From NCBI GenBank assembly GCA_018398765.1, contig JAHBMJ010000125.1:1-57050 (forward strand): a stretch of DNA of 57,050 nt. The letters run 5' to 3'. The stretch is from Chromera velia. Its lineage: Eukaryota. Below are positions 11,777 through 25,014 of the stretch, piece by piece; position 1 is the stretch's first letter; every line of letters begins with the position of its first letter. The notes under the pieces are model-generated. The model did no database searches and was not told the DNA's origin. It saw only the letters and a list, made by a program, of their open reading frames with translations. Made by a program: the position numbers and the translations under genes.

Positions 11777-14074
11777 ATGTTGCCGATGTCGGTCCCAAGT
11801 AACTGGGACGGGGTGAAAGGTCGCGTGCGTCAACTCGAGAATTTGATGGAGTCCCGGATCCATGAGTTGAACAAAGTGAACAATTCGTTCAATGCCAACT
11901 CTGCAAACGGTGCTGCAAAAAGCAGTAGCAGCAGCGCGGTACCGCCGTCAAAAATGGGCAGCAGCTCTGCGCTTCTTGAGAGCAATCTGGCACTTTTTTC
12001 GGAAATTACAGACGAGGCCGATAAATTGGAAAGAGAGGTAGGTAGGTGGGTGGGCGTTTCACAAAGTGCCAACGTGTTGCCCTGGTTCGCCTGTTTGCGT
12101 CTTACACACTTGGTCCCCCTCTGCATGAACACCGCACGTGTCTCCTCAGTCTCGTAAACCATATGGACTAGCGAAAGCCGCATTAAGTCTGCGTCTCATC
12201 TGAAGAAGAAGCGCGTCAGTGTAGGATAGGATAGGAAGCTCGACTGCCTAGCTCTCTCTCCGACTTAGTGTCTCTTTCCACCCACCCAGCTGCCTTCATT
12301 CAGCTCAGGTATTGCTGAGTCATTAACTTGGCCTGCCTGTCTGCCCACCTGGACTTACCGCCTAATTTGAGCTCACTGAACTGCACCGAAGAAGAGTCTT
12401 CACCCCCCTTTCACTCCTCCCTCCCCGCCCCCGCAGATTGTGGCGGCACTGGACCAGCTAGAAGGACTCGCTCGCGGCCCCGCACAGCAGGCGCAGGTCC
12501 AACGGTTTTCGGACATCTTCACGGACTTGAAACGGGAGTACAGGAGACTGCGGGTGGGTGAGCACATAGAGAGGCATAGATGTGCATGCACATAGAGAGA
12601 CAGAGGAGAGTGTTGGTGGGAGAGAAGCAAGAATCTTATTTTCGTCAAGAGGCATCTCACAGAGGTGTTCTTATCATTTTCTGCCCTTCTGCCATGGGGT
12701 TGTGGTTGCTGTGTTCTGTCGGTGTCCGTTTCCGGGGGGAAAGGGGCACACCGATGGAGAGAGAAAGAGCCCAGCATGCAGCTCTGTGGACTCGGGGGTG
12801 AAAAAAGAAACACTAAGCACGAAAGAGAACAGAAAGATTGACAGGCAAAGGAGTGGGGAGACAAAAAGAAAGCGGGCAAGACAGACAGACAGACAGACAG
12901 ACAGACACACAGGCAGATAGGCAGGCAACGACAAAGAAGAAGAGCGGCCTCGGTGGGCGGGCCAGAATTTCAAGTGGGGGGGGGGTCATAGGGGAGAGTT
13001 ACCTCCTTCGATTTCACTCAATGTGGTGTGCAATGACTTCACTGTTGTGGACTTAACTTGGCTTTGTCCCATTCCTTCCCTTCCTCCCTCCTTCTTCCCA
13101 TGCACGTGTGTGTCCACACTCAGAGCGATACGGAGAGGAAAAGGGAACGGCACCTTCTGCTGGGCAATGCGTCAGTCCATCCCCGTCTCTCTCGAAATTT
13201 AGTTTCCATATCCACACACGTCTGCATGCACGTTTGGTATGCATTCGCATACAGAATGGATCGTGAAGGAAAATTTCTGGTCCGCAGTTGTGGGGTGTGC
13301 TGCGAAGAGGCCTCCCCCCCTCCTCTCTGCCTGCCCCTGGAGGAAGTGACTCTTCTGGAGGGTCCTTTCATGGCCTTCTCTCTGTCAGTGCATTTCTGTT
13401 GTCTTTCTTCTGAGATCCTTTTTGTTGCGCTTTTCTCATTTCGAAGGCTTCTGCTGTCCTCCCGCCTCCTCCGGCTGCACCCTATCAGATCGGTGTCCTT
13501 TTTTCGTTTCACCTTGTGTTTGCTCAAATCGAAAATCTCAGGACAATCAACGTCTATCGAGTCTGTCGCTGCCCTTCCTTCACGTGTATGTTCCCCTTCA
13601 TTTCTGCAGGAGCGAAAAGGGCCGAGGGGATGTGGACGATGGGACGCGACACCTGTTGAAGGAGAGGGGCCACCTCGAAGGGTCACTGCAGATGCTGGAT
13701 CAAGTCATAGGGTCAGCAGGGGGGGTAGGGGGATGGATGTAGATTTCCAGGTTGCCTGCCACACTTGCATGCAGAAATACCGTCAGGCAAGCTCTGAGAG
13801 GATGAATCATGGCGTTTGCGCCAGAGGATTTTGTTTGATTCATTCAGGCATGTCAAGTGCGAACCGTGCGTTCGTTCCGTGTGCAGGCAAGCGACGGACT
13901 CTCACGACCGTCTGAGGGCACAGCGATTTCGTGTGACTGGAATGGGAGACCGCATGAGGGGAATCTGTCAGTCAGTCAATTAGGTTGCCTCCCTTCATGG
14001 CGTTTTCTTTCTCCTCTGTGCGAAGTCTTCGCCTCTCTCTGTCTCTCTTCTCTCCCTTTGTTTCTCTCTCTCTC

Positions 14075-14124
<50 letters not shown>

Positions 14125-14305
14125 CGAGAGTGGGCGCGCATCGCGCGCCGAAGAATTTCGGACAGCGTAGTACGCGGACGAACCGAGTAGAGGAGCACAC
14201 AAACTTTGTGTTTTGTCAATTCTGGCGATACTTGTCCCAGATGCCAAGTTTTTACAAAAGTGGCGACACCGCGGTCCGGAGAAAACTGGACTATACTATA
14301 GTAGG

Positions 14306-14346
<41 letters not shown>

Positions 14347-15593
14347 CGTGTGTGTGTGTCTGTGCGGGTGTGGGCGTGGTTGGGTGGTTGGGACGGTGTG
14401 CGCACACGTTTCTCTCTTTCTGCCTCTGCTGCTTTTCTGCTTAGCCTTTATATGCGGGAAAAGAAGAAATTGAAGAGGCGAAAAGAAGAGCATTCTCTGT
14501 CTTCGTTGTCTCTATGCTGACAGACTGACTGCTGTCTGTCCGTGTTTGTGGCTCGGTCCGAAGATTCCCTTTCCCCTTTCGATTTTCTTTCTGGCCATGT
14601 CTGCTTCTTTCTTTAACATTTCACTGCCGCTCTACTGCGTAAGCCTTTCTCGACCCCCCTCTTGTTCCTTTTGTCTCGTCCCAGCTTTCGCTTCTTCGGT
14701 TTCTTTTTTCTTGGCACCGGCCCCTCCCAGTGTCCTCTTCCATTCAGGATGTCTTTTGCAATGTGGAGAAGAAAAAAGTCCCGTGGTTGTTCAGCCCCCT
14801 TTTTTTTCTTCGACGTGGCGGCGAAAGATTTGGCAGGTAGCTTCTGAGTGTCTTTTTGTCCAGTCGTTTGTTCGTTCTTCAATTGATCAACTCGTCCATT
14901 TTCCGTGTGCCTGTCGCAGTGACGAAATTTCCCGAAATGGGTCGGGTGATGGACAGAATCGGTCGGTCAGTTAGTCAGTCAGTCGGTCAGTCAGGCAGTC
15001 AGTCAGATGGCATATAGACCGTCTGCCTAAGTCAGATGGGATATAGACCCTCTGCCTGGGTGACTGTATGCGTGATTGGTGCAGTCATTGCGTACCAGGA
15101 GGGGTGGAAATCTTGCCTTTGTCTACTGGGAATGAGAAAAACTTCCAGTAGCTGCCCAGTCGCTTTCTCAGATTGCTGCGTCTGCAAAGAAACACAAAAT
15201 GCAAAGATGAGCCAGATGGGTGGATCCGAACTTTCTCTTTTCCTTGCGTTTCTCTTCCTCGATTCCTCAAAAGAGCCTCTTGACGTCGGGCCCGAAAATG
15301 GAGAACACGATCAGCACAAAGAATCTGCCCCGCACACATTTGATGCAAGTGCGTGTCCGATCCGAAGTGATGTTTCCGCACATGCAAACAGGACCCAAAA
15401 CAGACAAGTCTCTTTTTTCTTTTCTGAAGTGCATGTCAGAAGCAACGGCCTTTCCGTCCTTTTTTTCTGCGTATGAGCGCTCGCAGGTCTGGCGCAATAC
15501 AAGGAACAAATCGTTCTGGGTCTGGTGATCGGTTCCTGCTTGTGTTTTGTGCTTTGGTGGTCGATGCTTCGGGGTGGCTCGTCGGTGGATTGA
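11777..15593 (+). CDS. GOSR1: Golgi SNARE GOS1/GOS28 (Qb), 251 aa; exons 11777-12037, 12437-12553, 13124-13170, 13610-13711, 13887-13966, 14920-14961, 15487-15593
   Basis: N-terminal NWDGVKGRVRQLENLMESRI; SNARE region LLKERGHLEGSLQMLDQVIGQATDSHDRLRAQR; LTKFPEMGRVMDRI; C-terminal TM KEQIVLGLVIGSCLCFVLWW; all intron phases consistent. Confidence 0.88.
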
Positions 15594-16086
15594 CAGGCAG
15601 AACCTTCTGCGGCGGAATTAAGCACTAGTCACCTGCTAAGACTCAGGATTCAACTTCTGCGTGTATGTAATCAAATTAACCATAACTAAAACCGTGAATC
15701 CGTCCAAAAATCTACCATATATCGATCGATTCTAGCTACACAGCTAGCTATACAGCTAGTATGCAATTATTATTATAGCTCTATACTAGGCCTACTCAAA
15801 AACGAAAAAAGGCTTTATAGATTTTAATGTATTAGTAAATATTAGTAAAACTAGATATAAAATGATATTGCTTGATTGATTGATTGAGACACTGCAAATT
15901 GCTTTAAGTAAAATGATTGAATTACAATAGATTTGGTAATACATTTGTCACATCACTGGTAGTCTAAACTAAGCACTGAAATTTCAGTCTGAAAACTTAA
16001 AAAATTCTAGTAAAATTTCTAGTAAATGTCGTTGGCAACGCGAAAAAATAACTGGATATTCAACTCGAGTCACGAGTCGAGTGAAC

Positions 16087-16930
<844 letters not shown>

Positions 16931-17895
16931 TCAGATTGTCTTTATTAGATTTCAATAAATTTAAAGGGCAGTCGCAGGTTATTTGAAAGTAACTTAGTTG
17001 CGTAGTACGTACTGTTTAATTAGAAGTAATTAGAAGACATTCGACTCATGAGAATTTTTTTTTTGAATAACATGCATATATAAAACTGTTTCGAAATATA
17101 TCTGGCAGCGTTTGGCAGCATTCCAGAGTCCAGACAACATCATCCGTTTAACGCTAGGTTTAACGCCATTACCGTGGCACGCGTAAGCTGCTGCATGCAA
17201 ACCGAAGTCTCACTTTTACAATTCAAGCAGACAGAATACCTGTGCAAGCAGTAAACTGTGGGAGGCCGCACTTGAGTGAACAGAAGGGCATTGTTGGCGG
17301 CAAACGATATTCAAATGAAGGACAACATGAAGCACGGGAATCGTTGCAAGCAAGATGCAACGGGACGGATTGACATGATCAAATCAGACACATAACACAC
17401 CCGAGCACAATGAACCAACAATCACAAACCATGCAGTGTAGAACAAAAAAGAATGTCCGGCCCTTGCATGACCGCGATCGACCGGGGAGAGTCCATTGTC
17501 CAACGGTCCACACCAACACCGATGGACTGAGTCGAAACCGCTGAGCCCACTTGGATTCACAATGCAGAAAAATCCAACAGAAAAAAAGAGAGGACGTATT
17601 GCATAGACAAGCCCGCAATTAAGCCCGAGAATAAGAGATTGATCCAGCTTCGCAACGAACCAGGTTGCTTGCCAAGTGAGGAGTTGCACAAAAGACGCCA
17701 AACCCAAACTGAAGGCTTGTTTGTTTGAAGTGATCGAAGATTGACACTATCACTGTAGAACGGATGAATCAATAACGAAATTCCGGCCTTCTGCACGCAT
17801 GCTGTTGACATGACAGATATCCTACCATGCAGACATAAAGCGCAAGAAGGCGGTCTCTCTCCAGGGCCGCAGACAGACTCTTTCTCTTTCTTTCT

Positions 17896-19909
17896 TCACG
17901 CTTTCTGCACCTGCATGGACAATGACATCCCCGGCTTCAACGATAGAGACGAGATCGTCACTCCATCCGTCTCAGAGGTCCCCTCGACACCCTCTTCAAC
18001 AACGAGCTTCCCTGTCTCCACATCGCTGTCCCCCGCCTTCTTCTCAGAGACGCTTTTCTCAACGGTTTCAGAAGGGACAACGCCGTTCCCGACAAGAATC
18101 GCCATGCGGATAGAGGACCAAGTAGCAGACCCAAACACGAAGGTCGCAATGAAGGCGAACACAGAGCCCCCGAGGAGAATCGTCCGGAAGACGAGAGATT
18201 GGACTTCCATGTGAGACCCCGTACCTTGACAGACTGTGCAGACGCGACCCTCGGGACATCTGCACAGAGAGGAGGGAAGACACACAAAGGGCAAATAAAC
18301 GAGAGACCGGAACGGTTTTGGTCCTGCCTTTTAAATTATTTCCTTCTCTCTTCAATCCAGCGAACAGACTGGCAAGGACACAAACGGACACACAACAGAC
18401 AAGACAACCCGACAACAGCACGGCTGACGGCAGAAGAAATCAAATGGGAATGAGAAAGGAAAGTAAGGGAAAGGAAAAGAATGAAGACTTGGGACGGATG
18501 TTACTGAAAAAAAAACGAAGCTGCTGTAAAATGGAACTTCAAGCACAGAGACCAATGAAGCAAATTCTTTTCAGAAGAAAGGAAAGGAAAGGAAAGGGAA
18601 GGGAAGGGAAGGGAAGGAAAGGCCACATAAGAGAGCACGGACTCACTTGCAGGCCTCCACAGGTTCCTTTGCCGTCTTCTCTTCCTCCTTCACCAGCACC
18701 TCCAGGTTCAAGCTGACCACATACCCCTCGTCTCCATAATAAGAGTCCTCAAACACAAGGGTCCAGTCTCCAGTAGCAGGTCCCTCCGTGATCGCACCGT
18801 CGAACTGCGCAGTAGACCGGCGCCAGCGCATGCGTCCGGCGTACAATGTCTCACCAGAGGGGGGGATGATCTCCATCCTCAAGTCGGAAGGGTAAGTGTG
18901 CTCTACCTCCACGTCCAGAGTGTAGAAGAGAGGCTCGTCGGTGGCGCCTTTGACCGTGTCCGTGTCGAGAGTGAACGAGACGTTCCGAGTTGCCCTGTCG
19001 GGAATGAAGAGGGGGAGGGCGGTGGCGGGAAGGGTGGCGTTGACGGCGACAGTGGGGACATCAGGGGCGGCTGTGTACGAGGGCAGTCTCTCAATTTTGT
19101 TGTGGTGGAGGGCTCCGTGAGCAATCAGATCGGACATTGAGTAGAAGGGCAGATTCTGGAAGGAGCCCTGCGTCTGCTGGAGGTCGGTGAACTGGGTGAT
19201 GACGCCCTCGACGGCAAAGGCAGCCCAGAGGAGAAAGCTAAGGATTGAAAGCACAACCCAGAAGCTGCGGGGCGCAGGGATCTTTCTGCAAGCAGGCAGG
19301 CAAGGAGGGAGAGGTGCAACCACGTTGACGTACGTGCATTTATGAGGAGAAAAGCGAACAGCTTCTTCTGAGTGAAGGCAGGAAGACAGAAAAGGGTGAG
19401 TGGATGACGAGAGGGAAAACGGTCGCACGCACATGATGGGAAGAACGCGACAGGGTCGTCACTGCCTGACATACCTGCACAAAGCGACCATGCCCAGGAG
19501 AAGGAAGAGAAGAGAGAGGACGGCGACGATGAGGGGAAAGAGGAAGTGTTTGAGGAGGTTCGTCTCTGCGAAGAACCCGCTTTAGTTTCTGTAGTAGTTC
19601 CTCTCAAACAGAAAAGAGGCACTCACAGAGAGTCCCACGGCAAGGATAGCAACAATCACTGCGGTAGCCAGCACCGGGGTGGCCCGTCTCCTCTGTGCCT
19701 TGGCTTCGGGGGCCACCTGTGTCTCCTTTTCATATAGCTCCACGCGAGACGCCCGGCCGTCCATGGCCGTCCATGCACCGGCCGCAAACACAAGGGTGAA
19801 AACGGCAGACGCGCAGGCCGCAGCCAGATAGCTGATCTTGATGTAAGACACGTAGTTGTTCCAGTCGTAGTACAGCTGTTCTCTGAAATTGGCGCTGAAA
19901 TGGATGGTC
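17896..19909 (-). CDS. Multi-pass membrane protein with a proprotein-convertase P-domain; one in-frame TAA at 19582-19584; exons ~19909-19475, 19285-18647, 18259-17896; 5' start uncertain
   Basis: VEVEHTYPSDLRMEIIPPSGET...GDWTLVFEDSYYGDEGYVVSLNL matches P-domain motifs; flanked by hydrophobic helices; AG|gtatgt and AA|gtgagt junctions keep the frame. Confidence 0.65.
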
Positions 19910-20345
19910 CTGCAAAGCGGTGATCATGATCAGATCATCGCGATCGGAACACAAATTAAGAGTCACGGCGGATCTAAGGCGGATCTAAGGCGGATCACGG
20001 TGTCTGCACAATGGAGTTTGAGAGATTTTGAGAGGAGACTTTCGATCTGTCGATCTCGAGTCAATCGCAATAAGTGATTGTGCCAGGAAACCGTGGAACA
20101 GTAAGCTCATAGTGGATGTGATGCATTCACACTCGCCATTCGTATAGACCCTTGCCGGTCTCAAGCAACTTCCTCTTGACTGTCCCACTGCCTAAAGCGC
20201 AACAGCGCAAGGTTGATCGTGCATCTTTAAACCCACACCTAAATTCTGTGAAATTCTTTTGACTCCCAGTCAAAATTTGAAGAGTGGTCTAGTGCCAGCC
20301 CTGCCCTCTGGTCTGCTGTCACTTTGCCTGCTGTGACTGCCCCCG

Positions 20346-21959
20346 ATGTTATCTGGAGGAGCACAAGATCCTGCCTTGCAGTGTACGCTAAGTAATTTGT
20401 GCGAAAGCGACAAGAGGCGAGTGGGGAAGCTGATCAGTCGCTTGGCAGAAGAAATCGCTCACAGTGAAAGTCTTTGCAGTCGCGTTAGACGTTTGGAGAA
20501 AGAAAACGCAGAGCTCAGAGAGGCCCTCCGAAAGGCTACACTTGCAGCGTCGGAGGATACCCTCGAGGCCCCACCACAGCCCCCGTCAGCCACACCGAAC
20601 AGGTCCACAGCCTCTCAGAGTCCTGAAGAAAAACACCAAAAAAGAGAGCAAAAGCAATGCCCCCAAGAACCCTCACCACCCCCCAAAACGGTCTCCCCCC
20701 CCTTCAGGAGACGGCATACCCCCCCGTCTCTTGAAAACTCCGTCAAGCCGCAGAACCCAAACACCAAAGAGAAAGATTCGTGGCGCAAGCAGCCACCCAT
20801 TGAAGGAGCAATTCTTCTATCGAAGGAGCAAAACAGCCCCCGCGTCCCCCTGCTGAGCACACTGGAGGGACGCATTCTCAATCCACCTCACCCACCACCC
20901 CACCAAAAGCACAACCCCCCGTCTCCTAGAGGCCCTAGAGCCCCCCACCTCTGTGGAGAGACTGTAGAATCTCTAGAGTTTGAGTCGCCCTGTACAGTCC
21001 TAAGAACGGCACCCCCCTTTTCCTTTTCCCCCCCAAGAAGACTAACCGCATCCCTCCAACCGCGTGTGCGAGCCGACATTCAAGTCTCTCCCCCCGTCTC
21101 CCTGCCGAGGCTGTCTCTTCCCCCCAGCATCAGGAGGGTGATTGCCGGAACCCCAGAGGATGCGCTGAGGGGGTGCGGGAGGGAACGGGAGATTTCGCGT
21201 CCTCATCGTTTGGGGGGGGAAGTCAGATTCCGCCATATCAGAGGAGCAGGGGGTAAGGAGATAGTAGCACCACGATTCTCTAAACCATCACAAGCAGTAT
21301 CACGTCCTTCGTGCGACTGCAGGGGTGATGAAGAAAGCAAGAATAATATCGCTTTACCACATTCTATTGAGACTCGACTTACACAGACCCATCCGGTCAG
21401 TACTGCACCGTGTCAACTTCAACAGCCCTCCTTCACGTCTCCTTCCTTGATGCACCCCTCGGGTTCCTCCACAGAGCCGAAACCTTTAGAGAAGGTCGCA
21501 GGAAGCCACAACGAGGCTTTTCAGGAGGGACCACGAATTTATTCTTCTGAGACAACAAGGGGGGGTTCCGATTTTAGAGCAGGTTTGTCAAAGCCTCAAG
21601 AGGGAAATGAAGCAGGTGATGGGCCTGGATCCGGAGGAAACGGCATTGCCTTGCCTGTGCCTGTCTGTGTCAGTTCTGCTCGACGCAGAGAGACCCGAGG
21701 AAATCTGGCCCTTCCCCCACCCCACTCTCTCACAGCGCCGTCTCCTGCAGATCGGCTACCTTTGATGAAACCCTCACAGAAGGCTCTGAAGAAGAGAAAC
21801 ACAGAGGCAGAGTCCGAAAGCCTCGCTCTCTCTGTCAGCCAGCCTTCTTCTCTTTTGGCAAATGCCCCTCGAGACGAGCCCTCCTCCAGTTATCCAGTAG
21901 CACTGGCACTGAACGGCCGGTGTGTCACAGTAGAGAGGCACAAAGGCTGGGAAACATGA
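20346..21959 (+). CDS. 537-aa protein with N-terminal hinderin/KIAA1328-like motif and coiled coil, then a disordered Pro/Ser-rich tail
   Basis: Long ATG ORF; TLSNLCESDKRRVGKLISRLAEE resembles the KIAA1328 motif LKDLCxEDKRRIANLIKEL (from memory). Confidence 0.6.
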   Translation: MLSGGAQDPALQCTLSNLCESDKRRVGKLISRLAEEIAHSESLCSRVRRLEKENAELREALRKATLAASEDTLEAPPQPPSATPNRSTASQSPEEKHQKREQKQCPQEPSPPPKTVSPPFRRRHTPPSLENSVKPQNPNTKEKDSWRKQPPIEGAILLSKEQNSPRVPLLSTLEGRILNPPHPPPHQKHNPPSPRGPRAPHLCGETVESLEFESPCTVLRTAPPFSFSPPRRLTASLQPRVRADIQVSPPVSLPRLSLPPSIRRVIAGTPEDALRGCGREREISRPHRLGGEVRFRHIRGAGGKEIVAPRFSKPSQAVSRPSCDCRGDEESKNNIALPHSIETRLTQTHPVSTAPCQLQQPSFTSPSLMHPSGSSTEPKPLEKVAGSHNEAFQEGPRIYSSETTRGGSDFRAGLSKPQEGNEAGDGPGSGGNGIALPVPVCVSSARRRETRGNLALPPPHSLTAPSPADRLPLMKPSQKALKKRNTEAESESLALSVSQPSSLLANAPRDEPSSSYPVALALNGRCVTVERHKGWET

Positions 21960-23966
21960 CTCCATCAATGTGCTACAGGAAATGCTCCACACACTTCTAA
22001 GTTCTCACATGCTGGCTCCGAGTTCTGATCGCACCGTGCCGATCGATGTTGGTTGCGTGTGTGAGTAGTAGCTGACAAACTGTGAAGATCGAATGAGAAA
22101 GAGCCTCAGTAATTAAGCCTCGGATGCCGGTTTAAGGCTCGATGAATTTTTACCTAGAATTGGAATTAAACTGACGTCTAGACTGATGTTTAATTTTTTT
22201 TTCAATTATGTCATGAAACAGAATTAAAAACCTAGAGATTCAACAACGCTAGCAAGAAGTTGTGCCAAGAATCTAGGCGAGGACGCTCTGAAATTAATTG
22301 ACAAAAATTTAGAGAAAACTAATAAAGTATATAGAACCACTATAAATTGAACTCAGTCAAATTTTAATTACATTTAAGTCCATTATATACTGAAATCTAG
22401 TCTTAGACACTCAACTAGGCTGCAGTGGTATAACGCTGGAGAGAGAAGTCCAAACTCAGGAAGCGGTCTGAAAAAGTAATGACTTTGAATAACAGCAAGC
22501 GTGTCAGCCGTCTCCACCAACTCAAGTTGCGTAGAGCTATATCAACGATGCGTTCTCTTGCCACAGATCGACTTAGGCTCACTCAGCTTTGCATTGACTC
22601 CCGTCGATCCCTGAGGAGACGGCCTGAGAGCAACTACGAAAGACAGTTTGCCTCCTTGCTAGCTCGTGGAACAACCAGTTTAGCTCGATAATTGGTATCT
22701 GTCGTTCGATGGGGAAGCAAGTCTCACTTCTACACGATGCCGTTCTGAAACCTTTTGACCAGAAGGAAGAGAGCGCTTGCATTTGAGAAGGAAGATGAAG
22801 AAAGATGGAGAGAGAGACGGAAAGCAGTTTTTGGCAGTTCCACAAACTTGCCCGGGGAACAAAGGCCAATTCTTAAGGGTTCCTCACCAACCTGCAGTTG
22901 GACAGCATAAGCAGTTGGCATGCATGCGTACTGAGTGCGAAACACTGGCAACGGGGTCAGATGGATGAGGTTTTCTCCCTTTTGGGAAAGTAGTTCGCGG
23001 AATGGGGACAAAACCAAGCCAGGCTACCGTTTTTGCCCATCTCTTCAGCCGTCTCTGTCATTCTACCACCGTCTGCCTCAAAACAGGCAGGCTAGAAGGA
23101 GCTTTGGGGCGAAATATAAAGGTGAAAGGGCGCAACCTAACCTAGCCTATTAGAATGAAGTTTTTTTGATGTTTTCTGGCTCTTCTTTCTTCTGATTGAG
23201 CTGGATTTCGACAGAAAAAGGATAAGGCTACACGTTCTATGTGAGGATGTAAGACCACTCTGCCTTACCGTGGGAATTCAGTGAGTGGCTGTCACGGGAA
23301 AGCCGCTCTTGCCTGTGTTATCTTCCTTCGTGGGAGAGGACTACCCTAGCAGTATGTCCAGCTGCATATCGAACCAGCCGAACGTTAGACGCTCATTTAT
23401 GGACCGATAGTGATGGTGAATGATGATGATGATGAGACACTCAACTTTGAATGTTTCCTACATATGTTTCCTTGTATATCTTGTATGTGTCATATTCCAT
23501 TAACAGTTCTAATAATATATATTTTTCTATACTGATTATCACTGATTATATCTTTAGTGCAAATAGAGATTATGGAAACCTTCGTCTCCAAGTTGTTTGC
23601 TATCTCTAGTAAAAGCAAAGAAAATGAAAATCTAATTCTGAGTATAGTATTTCAAGTTAATTGTTGTTCAGATTCAGTTTTTATATACGTATTAAGATGA
23701 TATCATTACAGATGTTAGGCATTGTTGGCGGGCCGCAGTGGATGGTAGTGGATGGAGTTCAACTGAAAACATCGCAGCACACTATCACAGTGTCAGACAT
23801 ACCACATCGATCATATAAATACATATAAACATACATTATCAAATGCACAATATCATTGCCTGGCCGCAAGAGGGAGGTTACAAACAACAGAGCGATGCAA
23901 CAAAATCACAGACAGTAAAAAGTCTTGCATATATACATCATACAGGTCGATCGACAAGAAAACGGA

Positions 23967-24005
<39 letters not shown>

Positions 24006-24132
24006 AGCTCTCTGTGTGTATATGTATGTCTGTGTGTGTGTGTGAGAGAGAGAGAGAGAGCGTGCGCGCAAGAGAGAGCGAGAGAGCGAGAGAGAGAGCG
24101 AGCAAGAGAGAGAGAGAGAGACACACACACAC

Positions 24133-24175
<43 letters not shown>

Positions 24176-24180
24176 GACAG
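23967..24180. repeat. Compound (CT)n/(TG)n/(GA)n microsatellite
   Basis: Direct reading. Confidence 0.95.
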
Positions 24181-25014
24181 AGAGGCGAGATAGTGCAAGT
24201 CGGAGAGTAACACCAAGACAAAAGGTCCGAAGGAAGAACCCCGACAGGACGAACGGGTGCTTTGAGTACAAGAAGGAAGTGATCCTTGAGAATCCTTCTC
24301 TTATACGTTTTTTCTCCCTCCTCATCTTTCTCGCTCTCTAGTAATGTCTGTCTGACAATGTCTAGTGAAAGGAACAGAGAAGGAGACAGAAGGACGCGGG
24401 AAAAAGTGTGGGGGGAACCTTCTGCATGTTCCTCAAACGCTTGTCTGTCTGACAGAAAAACGTAATTTACAAACGAACGTAACAGGAGACACCCAATTGA
24501 TGCATGTGCATACAACGATCAGAGGAACAAATAATAAGGAGAGAAGGGTGGGAGGAACGCGCAATTTGATCAGAGACAAGTTCGATTCGTGCTTATCATA
24601 TACCCACACACTGAGACGCATGCACACGTGCAGCTGCATGGAGGCATTCAGACTCCCATGCAGATAACTAAGACGTCCACAGCAGAGCGTCTCTTTCTGC
24701 ATCCCCCTCCCCTCCCGTCCTCTCTGCATGCACATGCACCTCGCCTAGATCCCTTCAGAGGACCCAGAGTTGGAGGGGCGGGGCGGCATTGATTGATTCA
24801 TTGCTTTTGAGAGAGAAAGAGAGTGTCGACAAGCAGAGTGTGGGGAAGGGATGGAGGGGAGAAGAGCCTGGGGGGAAAGTCCCAATCCCCTGATGGTTCA
24901 TCCGATCTGCAAGTGAAGGACAGAGATCACTGGCAGAGGAGAGGGCTCGGCAGACGTATGCAGGAAAGAGATCTCACGAGTGGATGGAGGCAAAGGACTG
25001 CAGGGGCAAAAGAG

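Noticed and set aside
22479..23400. Coding-like fragment between two AT islands
   Set aside because: Stops in all frames and no recognisable domain
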